Below are positions 1 to 6,438 of a stretch of DNA of 24,442 nt, piece after piece. The notes beneath the pieces were generated by a model, which saw nothing but the letters and a program-made list of their open reading frames with translations, searched no databases and was not told the origin of the DNA. The translations under genes were made by a program, and so were the position numbers. The DNA is from Nitrososphaerota archaeon (GTDB taxonomy: Archaea; Thermoproteota; Nitrososphaeria; Nitrososphaerales; UBA57), in NCBI GenBank assembly GCA_002713205.1, contig PAVW01000014.1, positions 1-24,442 of the forward strand, read 5' to 3'. How positions within the stretch are numbered: position 1 is the first letter of the stretch; every line of letters starts with the position of its first letter.

Positions 1-93
1 TATTCTTATATTTTACGGTTAAATTATTAATTATTCTTATATTTTACGGTTAAATTATTAATTATTCTTATATTTTAAGGTTAAATTATTAAT
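1..93. repeat. 31-bp tandem direct repeat, 3 copies (1-31, 32-62, 63-93), truncated by the window edge
   Basis: Copies 1 and 2 are identical (tattcttatattttacggttaaattattaat). Copy 3 differs at one base (c to a at position 78). There are no spacers between copies. The last copy overlaps the TAA stop (89-91, minus strand) of the adjacent CDS. Confidence 0.95.
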
Positions 94-1876
94 TTCGATA
101 ATATTTGACAAATAACAAGTATAAAATGCCAACTATTGAAGTCAGGATTAAAGAACCTATTATTCCACGTCTAGAAAGGCCTTCATCTTCGGGTAAATCC
201 ATTTGAGGTAAACCTAAAGCAGCTATAATTCCAGATTTACTTCCTCCGGTGGCAACAAAGACTCTCATATCCCCGTTGGCATCAGATGCAATCGTAACTG
301 CAGTATTTCCTGCTCCGTTCATAGGAATTTTCTTTAGCACTTCGCCAGTTTCCGAATCCAATGCATAGAAGGTGCCAGATATGTCTACCAAATAAACAAC
401 TCCTGAACTAACAGTAATGCCACCCTGATATCTTGATTCAATGGGAAATGTCCATTTTATCTGACCGGTTGAAACATCAATAGCATGAACTGACGAGCTC
501 TGTGCCTCCTGTGTGGTTTCAATTTGATATCCGTTAATTAGCTGATCTTTGTAAATAACCTGACCTTTGGTAAATTTTGTGCAATAGTTCTGGCTTGCTA
601 CGAACAATGTGTTTTCTGCAAAGGCAGATATTGTGGAACTGCCACCAAAAGCACCTGGACAATAAGTTTGGTCAACTATAACCTCCTGAGATAAAAGGAA
701 ATCTGCGTCATTCCCTTTGTTTGAATTATAAACATTAATTTTTTGTGCTCCAAAGCTAATTGGTTCATGAAGTAATTCACCGTTTGTTGCATCTAAAATA
801 TATGCATAATCTCCTTTAGTTGAAGCCATTATGACTTTTCTTTCTTCGCCGTCAATTGTTGCATTAGCTAATATTATAGATCTTGCAGGTTCATGGCCAT
901 TAATATCATGAGGAGTAGTTTGATAATACCATATCATTTTGCCTGTTGATGCATCCAAAGCCACTATCGAGTTAGTATAAAGATTTGGACCGGGTCTCAA
1001 CGAAGCATCGTAAGACAGAGCAGGTGCGCTTGTTGGAAAATATACTATTCCTGTTGATTCATCGACCGCCATTAATGAAAATATAGAACCTCCACCAATC
1101 AAATCATTTTCTCCCCAGTCACCAGGATAAGGTTTGATGTTACCTTTTGCTGCATTTTCGTTATCCCAATTATCGTCGCCGCCACTTGGGGGTATAGAAA
1201 ACCATCTCCATAAAAGCCGACCATTGAATTCATCATAACCTGCAACGAAACTTCTTCCTCCTCCACCTCCAGCAGAAACTCGAGTGATGAGAATTGTTTC
1301 AAAAAATGTAGGAGAATAGTGACCTACATATTTACCTGTATTGCCTGGGATATCAGAACATGTATTCAAAATTTCCTTTTTAATTTCACCATTAAAGGGA
1401 TCAAACGCGTAGATGTTGCAATCGTTGGTTTGCATCCATATATAATCATGGAAGAAACTAATAGAATGCTGAGCTTCTAACATAGACCAATTTTCCGACA
1501 GAGCTAACTGAACAGGATCATATTGAAACGACCAAAGCTCTTCACCATTCAAAGTATTTAGTGCGATTAACCGGTTTGATTCACTAACAAAGTATAACAG
1601 ACCATAAACAGTAATTGGAGGTGCGTGAGTTCCAAATGCCATTCTTGCACCAGGTATAGGAGCTGGCCTTTCTGGGGCTTGATATATCCATTTTAATTCA
1701 AGATTTTTTACATTTTCATTAGTAATGATTTGTTGAGGATTTGAACCAGTGTTAAAAAGATCAAAAGCAGGTTGTGTCCAATTAAGGCCTTCGGGTGATT
1801 GAGAAATAGATTGCGGACTAAAAGAAGCTAGCAGAAGTGCAACAATTGACAAAATCATAATTTGTTGAAATTTCAA
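89..1876 (-). CDS. Membrane-anchored PQQ-dependent (quinoprotein) dehydrogenase-like 8-bladed beta-propeller protein
   Basis: 595-aa ORF. The N-terminus looks like a signal peptide (MKFQQIMILSIVALLLASF). The N-terminal entry motif is typical of quinoprotein dehydrogenases (NENVKNLELKWIYQ...PPITVYGLLYF...IALNTLNGEELW). The core stretch LYTNSIVALDASTGKMIWYYQTTPHDINGHE...KGDYAYILDATNGELL matches the quinoprotein ADH/MDH family pattern. There is a C-terminal hydrophobic anchor (IIGSLILTSIVGILYLLFV) followed by KYYRN. The start is TTG at 1876; an alternative ATG at 1858 loses the charged n-region. Confidence 0.75.
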   Translation of the reverse strand: MKFQQIMILSIVALLLASFSPQSISQSPEGLNWTQPAFDLFNTGSNPQQIITNENVKNLELKWIYQAPERPAPIPGARMAFGTHAPPITVYGLLYFVSESNRLIALNTLNGEELWSFQYDPVQLALSENWSMLEAQHSISFFHDYIWMQTNDCNIYAFDPFNGEIKKEILNTCSDIPGNTGKYVGHYSPTFFETILITRVSAGGGGGRSFVAGYDEFNGRLLWRWFSIPPSGGDDNWDNENAAKGNIKPYPGDWGENDLIGGGSIFSLMAVDESTGIVYFPTSAPALSYDASLRPGPNLYTNSIVALDASTGKMIWYYQTTPHDINGHEPARSIILANATIDGEERKVIMASTKGDYAYILDATNGELLHEPISFGAQKINVYNSNKGNDADFLLSQEVIVDQTYCPGAFGGSSTISAFAENTLFVASQNYCTKFTKGQVIYKDQLINGYQIETTQEAQSSSVHAIDVSTGQIKWTFPIESRYQGGITVSSGVVYLVDISGTFYALDSETGEVLKKIPMNGAGNTAVTIASDANGDMRVFVATGGSKSGIIAALGLPQMDLPEDEGLSRRGIIGSLILTSIVGILYLLFVKYYRN

Positions 1877-1987
1877 CTATTCCAATAAGTCGGTAATAGT
1901 TTGTAAATTTAATGTTTTTCTAGAGATAATAATTTCAATATTAGGCGAAAAATTAAATAATTTAAACAGAAATACACTTTGTTTTTT

Positions 1988-2674
1988 ATGAAAAACAATT
2001 ATCTCATTATTGGATTGATATCTGTACTAATTGTAGGTATTGGAATTTATTTTTTGATTGGGGAAAATGGATCAAATGATGTTGTTCAAACTACAGTGGA
2101 ACAAGGATCATTTGATGTAAAGTTGAAAGAAGATGAGATTAAGGTTTTTCTAAATGAAAAGAATCAAGCTAATTTCATTCTTACGTCAAAAGATGGATTT
2201 GATTCCAATGTCAAATTTATAACTAAAACACCACTTATGGGTATAAAAGTTTCTTTTGATAATCCTGAATACCATGTTTCAGCTGGTGCAGAGACAAAAG
2301 CAACTATTTTCTTTGAACCAATTAATGAAATTGCGGTAGGTCAACATAATGTTACTTTAATGATAAAGAGTCAAAAAATTACTAAAGATGTAAACTTAAT
2401 TCTTGATGTTATTGGAGAAGGCGAGGTACAGATTACAATTGAAAACTACAATTTTGATCCTCAGATAATTACAGTTGTGCAAGGAACAAAAATTGTCTGG
2501 TATAATAAAGATGACGTGATTCATACAGTGACGTCAATTATCGATGTTTTTGATTTGGATATGGAGAGGCGAGAATATGAAAGCGTAACATTCAATGATA
2601 TAGGGACCTTTACTTATCTTTGTAGTCCACATCCATATATGACTGGAATAATAAATGTCATTCCCAGAAGATAA
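1988..2674 (+). CDS. Membrane-anchored type-1 (blue) copper protein, amicyanin/plastocyanin-like cupredoxin with an N-terminal Ig-like spacer domain
   Basis: The N-terminal TM anchor is YLIIGLISVLIVGIGIYFLIG. The C-terminal ~85 aa form a cupredoxin with the full T1Cu ligand set: His in DDVIHTV, then YLCSPHPYM (Cys-x2-His-x2-Met). The Cys codon is at 2621-2623. The spacing is identical to the amicyanin CTPHPFM loop. The ORF track starts at TTG 1979; I prefer ATG 1988. Confidence 0.85.
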   Translation: MKNNYLIIGLISVLIVGIGIYFLIGENGSNDVVQTTVEQGSFDVKLKEDEIKVFLNEKNQANFILTSKDGFDSNVKFITKTPLMGIKVSFDNPEYHVSAGAETKATIFFEPINEIAVGQHNVTLMIKSQKITKDVNLILDVIGEGEVQITIENYNFDPQIITVVQGTKIVWYNKDDVIHTVTSIIDVFDLDMERREYESVTFNDIGTFTYLCSPHPYMTGIINVIPRR

Positions 2675-2754
2675 TGTTATTAATTTGTTAGAAAATAATA
2701 TTATTAATTTTATAGATAAATTTATTAATATAGTAGAGGAATAGTATAAACTAC

Positions 2755-3135
2755 ATGGCATCTCAATATGAAAAACTAATACCAATACCTCTTCTTATTG
2801 CAACTGCTATTGTTGCATATATGGCATTTTCTGGAGGCATTCCCATGTTGGGAATAGGAAATGAATTACAAGAAGAACAGCTTACGATAAATGCAGTTGG
2901 TGATGTTGCACCTTTACTTCCAAATGCACCAAAATTCAAATGTCCAGCGTGGATGGATGCAGATACATGTATAACTCTATCTAATTCATGTGGTAATGGT
3001 GTTTGTGATACATTTGAGCTTTGTAATACCTGTCAATTTGATTGTGGATGTGGAGGAGCACAAGTTTGTAATGCACAGACAGGACGTTGTCATTCTCCTG
3101 CAGGAGTTTGTCAAGCACCTCGAGGAGCAGCCTAG
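2755..3135 (+). CDS. Small cysteine-rich extracytoplasmic protein (N-terminal TM/signal anchor plus an 11-Cys C-terminal module)
   Basis: 126-aa ORF with ATG start. The hydrophobic segment is LIPIPLLIATAIVAYMAFSGG. The C-terminal ~57 aa contain 11 Cys (CPAWMDADTCITLSNSCGNGVCDTFELCNTCQFDCGCGGAQVCNAQTGRCHSPAGVCQ). This part is visibly more GC-rich than its surroundings. An oligo-T tract follows the stop. Confidence 0.6.
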   Translation: MASQYEKLIPIPLLIATAIVAYMAFSGGIPMLGIGNELQEEQLTINAVGDVAPLLPNAPKFKCPAWMDADTCITLSNSCGNGVCDTFELCNTCQFDCGCGGAQVCNAQTGRCHSPAGVCQAPRGAA

Positions 3136-3141
3136 TCCATC

Positions 3142-3153
3142 TTTTTTCTTTTT
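3142..3153 (+). terminator. Oligo-T tract (tttttt c ttttt) immediately downstream of the Cys-rich gene
   Basis: The T6-C-T5 run begins 7 nt after the TAG at 3133-3135. Archaeal RNA polymerase is known to terminate at oligo-T. Confidence 0.4.
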
Positions 3154-3194
3154 GGGAATCAACAATAAATTAATTAATTCAAAAAAAAATAATC

Positions 3195-3971
3195 ATGGGT
3201 ATGCAGAATAATAAAATCATAGTTATTGGATTAGCGTTAATATTAAGTTCCGTACTATCTTATTCTATATTTGGCTCAAACCAAGAACAACAAACTGAAA
3301 TCGGAGTAATAGAAACCGTAAAGGAATTTGATCTTAGCATTGTAGAGAGAAAGCTAACATTGGATCCTCCAATAATTTCTGTGAATGTAGGTGATAAAAT
3401 TTTACTGCGAATACAATCAGATGAAGAGTTAATGTTTCACATTCATGAATATGATCACGAAGTTATGATAATACCTGGTAAAATTGAGGAGTTAAGTTTT
3501 CCAGCGACCATCCCTGGAAGATTTGAAATGGAAATACATGTAGAAGAACATGAAATGGATGAGATGGATATGGAAATGGATTTTAGTAATGCAAAAATCA
3601 GCATTAACTCAGTGGAAGTCATGGACAATATGGCAACTGTAAATGTAGAAATCGAAGGAATTATGGGTGATAAAAGTGGAATCCATTGGCATCTAAAATT
3701 AGATCAGGAATTACTTGAAAAAGATGATCATGCAGCAATCATGGTATTTGGGAAAGATAGCTACATTTTACATGGAATATCCAAAGGCGAACATACAGTA
3801 TATGTAGCATTAGTAAATAGCGAACATGAATTAGTAAGTGAAATTGCAAGTCAAATATTCGTGATAGAAACTGATATGGATGTGAATGGGATGAATATGG
3901 AAGAAAAAGATGGGCATGAAGATGATAAAGAACCCATATTTGTTGGAATTCTTGAAGTTATGCCAAAATAA
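3195..3971 (+). CDS. Membrane-anchored Met/His/acidic-rich cupredoxin-like protein, putative extracytoplasmic copper-binding protein
   Basis: The N-terminal anchor is KIIVIGLALILSSVLSYSIFG. A cupredoxin-like stretch follows (PPIISVNVGDKILLRIQSDEELMFHIHEYDHEVMIIPGKIEELSFPATIPGRFEMEIH). There are two Met/His/Asp/Glu-rich tracts: HVEEHEMDEMDMEMD (about nt 3525-3584) and DMDVNGMNMEEKDGHEDDKE (about nt 3870-3932). The middle domain carries GIHWHLKLD...GEHTVYVALVNSEHE. Confidence 0.7.
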   Translation: MGMQNNKIIVIGLALILSSVLSYSIFGSNQEQQTEIGVIETVKEFDLSIVERKLTLDPPIISVNVGDKILLRIQSDEELMFHIHEYDHEVMIIPGKIEELSFPATIPGRFEMEIHVEEHEMDEMDMEMDFSNAKISINSVEVMDNMATVNVEIEGIMGDKSGIHWHLKLDQELLEKDDHAAIMVFGKDSYILHGISKGEHTVYVALVNSEHELVSEIASQIFVIETDMDVNGMNMEEKDGHEDDKEPIFVGILEVMPK

Positions 3972-4030
3972 TAATTAAACAGAAAGAAAATTAAAGACTA
4001 TATTTTAGTGAAGAATATAGGATATTAAAA

Positions 4031-5425
4031 ATGAAAAAAATCTTTTTCATTGTAAGTTTAGCTGCATTGTTACTATTACCCAATGCATATGCTCATGGAT
4101 TTGGATCAAAGATAGATCTTCCATTGCCAACCTATCTCTATTGGATTGGGGGAGGTGCTGCAGTAATAGCATCATTTGCAATAATCAGCATCTTTGTCAA
4201 CAGAAAGACAGACAATGATTCGTATTGGAAATACAATTTACAAAATATTTCTTTGATTGATACTTTATACAAAAACAAATCCTTGTTAGGAATTTTTAAA
4301 ATTATTTCAATAGGATTGTTCGTGTTATCAATATTAACCGGAGTGTTAGGGTCTCAGTTTCCTGAATATAATTTTGTTCCAACATTTGTCTGGGTGATTT
4401 GGTGGGGTGGATTTATCTGGGTGCACATATTATTTGGGGATAGTTGGAACTTTGTAAATCCTTGGAAGAACATCTACGAATTGATAAAGTTTAGTGAGAA
4501 ACCAATTAGAAAATATCCAGAGAAATTAAAATCTTGGCCTGCGTTTATGTTTTTTTTGGTATTTGCATGGGTTGAACTTATTTATCCTGATCCTGCAAAT
4601 CCGCAGTTTCTTGGAAATTTAATTTTTCTGTATTCAGTAATTGTTTTGCTTGGTATGAGAATATATGGAAAACATAAATGGCTAGATAATTGTGAGCCAT
4701 TTACAGTATTCTTTAATTTTATATCTAATTTTTCAATAACACGAGTTACTTCAGATGGAAAGATATTTGTTCGTCCTATTGCTTCAGGATTGCTCGACGT
4801 AAAATTTAGATTTGATCAGCTTTGTTTCCTAATTTTAATATTGTCAGTGGTAGCTTTTGATGGATTAATTTCTACATTTTTTTGGTATAATCTAATAGGA
4901 ATAGAGGCTTTTGGAGGCAGTGGTAGGTTTGATGTACTATACATAAACACAATCAGTATTTTGCTATCGTTTTTGGTTTTTATGGGTATTTTCTACCTGT
5001 TTGTTGGAATATCAAAAATGGTTACTCAGACAAAATATTCAATAGGTGAACTAGCCATGGCACTTGTCCCATCTTTACTTCCAATATCCATTGTGTACCA
5101 TTTAGCGCATTATTCTGCATATTTTTTCCTGAATGGTCAACTAATAATCAAGTTAATTTCTGATCCATTCGGTTTTGGATGGGATTTATTTGGAACAAAA
5201 TCCTATGAAATAGTTAGAACAATAGATTTCTTGTTTTTATGGAATTATCAGGTTCTTGTAATCATAATTGGACACGTATTATCAGTGTTCATTGCGCATA
5301 AATTGGCACTTCGAATTTTTAATGATAATAAAAAAGCAATATCTAGTCAAATTCCAATGCTAATACTAATGGTTATTTACACCATGTTTGGATTATGGTT
5401 ATTATCAACTCCTAGCATACTTTGA
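4031..5425 (+). CDS. Polytopic integral membrane protein (about 10-11 TM) with a cleavable-looking signal peptide; function unknown
   Basis: 464-aa ORF. The sequence MKKIFFIVSLAALLLLPNAYA/HGFG has a signal-peptidase-like AYA motif, so His22 (codon 4094-4096) would be the mature N-terminus. There are many hydrophobic helices. Conserved-looking His residues sit in the late helices (VYHLAHYSAYF, IIIGHVLSVFIAHKLAL). Confidence 0.75.
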   Translation: MKKIFFIVSLAALLLLPNAYAHGFGSKIDLPLPTYLYWIGGGAAVIASFAIISIFVNRKTDNDSYWKYNLQNISLIDTLYKNKSLLGIFKIISIGLFVLSILTGVLGSQFPEYNFVPTFVWVIWWGGFIWVHILFGDSWNFVNPWKNIYELIKFSEKPIRKYPEKLKSWPAFMFFLVFAWVELIYPDPANPQFLGNLIFLYSVIVLLGMRIYGKHKWLDNCEPFTVFFNFISNFSITRVTSDGKIFVRPIASGLLDVKFRFDQLCFLILILSVVAFDGLISTFFWYNLIGIEAFGGSGRFDVLYINTISILLSFLVFMGIFYLFVGISKMVTQTKYSIGELAMALVPSLLPISIVYHLAHYSAYFFLNGQLIIKLISDPFGFGWDLFGTKSYEIVRTIDFLFLWNYQVLVIIIGHVLSVFIAHKLALRIFNDNKKAISSQIPMLILMVIYTMFGLWLLSTPSIL

Positions 5426-5486
5426 TATCAATATTGTATTATGACTAAATCATTAAAAGCAAAAAAATTCATTTGTATTTTTATAA

Positions 5487-6272
5487 TTGAGCAGTAATGA
5501 AATTCAAGAATGGCCTGAAGTAGGGGAATTAGTGCTAGCATATGCAAAAAAAATTACCGGTCACGGAATAAACGTAACGTTAGAAGAATATGAAGACATG
5601 CCTGGTTTTTTGCATATATCTGAAGTCGCTACAGGTTGGGTTAAAAATATAGGGAGATTTATAACTGTAAATCAAAAAATCGTGCTAAAAGTAACAAGAG
5701 TTAATGAGAGACGGGGAGAAATTGACTTGTCGTTAAGACAAGTTGGATCTGAAGAAAGAAAGAAAAAACTAATGACAATAAAAAGATATGAAAAATCCAG
5801 GTCAATTTTCGATTCAATGCAAATAAAATTGAAAATAACAGATGATGAAAAAGAAAATTATTTTCAAATAATGGAAGATGAATTCGAATTTATCTACGAT
5901 GGTCTTGTAGGCTTGGTAAAGAATGAAGAATCTGCATTTAAGTTAGGCATTCCCGACAAGGTAATTGATTCGTTAAAAACAATTTCAAAAGATAAAATAA
6001 TTATTCCTTTGGTTAATGTTACAGGTACAATGGAAATCACATCGTTAGAACCTGATGGTGTGAATTTAATAAAAGATATATTAACCAATGTTAATAAAAC
6101 AAAATCCAAGGTAAATAATGTTGAAATATATTATCTTGGTGCTCCAAAATATAAAATAACAGCATTTTCTGAAAATTATAAAAAGGCGGAAAAGATCTTG
6201 TCATCGTCTGTAGAAAAAATTGAAAAGTCACTTCATAAAAAAGGTAAATTTTCCTTTACTAGGAACAAGTGA
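5487..6272 (+). CDS. eif2a: Translation initiation factor aIF2 alpha subunit
   Basis: The S1 domain has the archaeal aIF2-alpha signature WPEVGELVLAYAKKI...GFLHISEVATGWVKNIGRFITVNQKIVLKV...GEIDLSLRQV. The 261-aa length is typical. The start is apparently TTG, since no in-frame ATG precedes the S1 domain. Confidence 0.9.
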   Translation: MSSNEIQEWPEVGELVLAYAKKITGHGINVTLEEYEDMPGFLHISEVATGWVKNIGRFITVNQKIVLKVTRVNERRGEIDLSLRQVGSEERKKKLMTIKRYEKSRSIFDSMQIKLKITDDEKENYFQIMEDEFEFIYDGLVGLVKNEESAFKLGIPDKVIDSLKTISKDKIIIPLVNVTGTMEITSLEPDGVNLIKDILTNVNKTKSKVNNVEIYYLGAPKYKITAFSENYKKAEKILSSSVEKIEKSLHKKGKFSFTRNK

Positions 6273-6436
6273 AAAATTTGAAAAATCTTTTACGTAAATG
6301 TCCAAAGTGTCAAGAATATTCATTAAAAGAAAAATGCCTTGAATGTGATGAGAAAACTATTACACCTCATCCGCCAAAATTTTCACCGGATGATAAATAT
6401 TCAAGATTAAGAATTAAGGATCGTTATAAAGAATAA
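6269..6436 (+). CDS. nop10: H/ACA RNP protein Nop10 (55 aa); absent from the supplied ORF track
   Basis: Manual translation gives (V/M)KNLKNLLRKCPKCQEYSLKEKCLECDEKTITPHPPKFSPDDKYSRLRIKDRYKE*. The zinc ribbon CxxC...CxxC plus PHPPKFSPDDKYS is the Nop10 signature. The GTG start overlaps the aIF2-alpha stop (GTGA); an alternative TTG start is at 6278. Confidence 0.85.
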   Translation: MKNLKNLLRKCPKCQEYSLKEKCLECDEKTITPHPPKFSPDDKYSRLRIKDRYKE

Positions 6437-6438
6437 AT

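Noticed and set aside
1-93. The 31-bp repeats could be a CRISPR array
   Set aside because: The copies are directly adjacent with no spacers, are extremely AT-rich and show no repeat-spacer periodicity. This is a tandem repeat, not a CRISPR array.
1099-1302. 67-aa ORF inside and co-directional with (different frame) the PQQ-propeller gene
   Set aside because: It is fully nested in a different frame of a strongly supported CDS. It has a low-complexity E-rich translation and no motif.
2534-2785. 83-aa minus-strand ORF overlapping the cupredoxin 3' end
   Set aside because: It lies antisense to the conserved T1Cu ligand region, and its I/L/S/Y-rich translation is typical of AT-rich noise.
2990-3211. 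73-aa plus-strand ORF overlapping the Cys-rich gene in another frame
   Set aside because: The frame carrying the regular Cys pattern and the N-terminal anchor is far more protein-like. This alternative frame also runs through the oligo-T terminator tract.
5894-6109. 71-aa antisense ORF within aIF2-alpha
   Set aside because: It is nested antisense to a conserved gene and has no motif.
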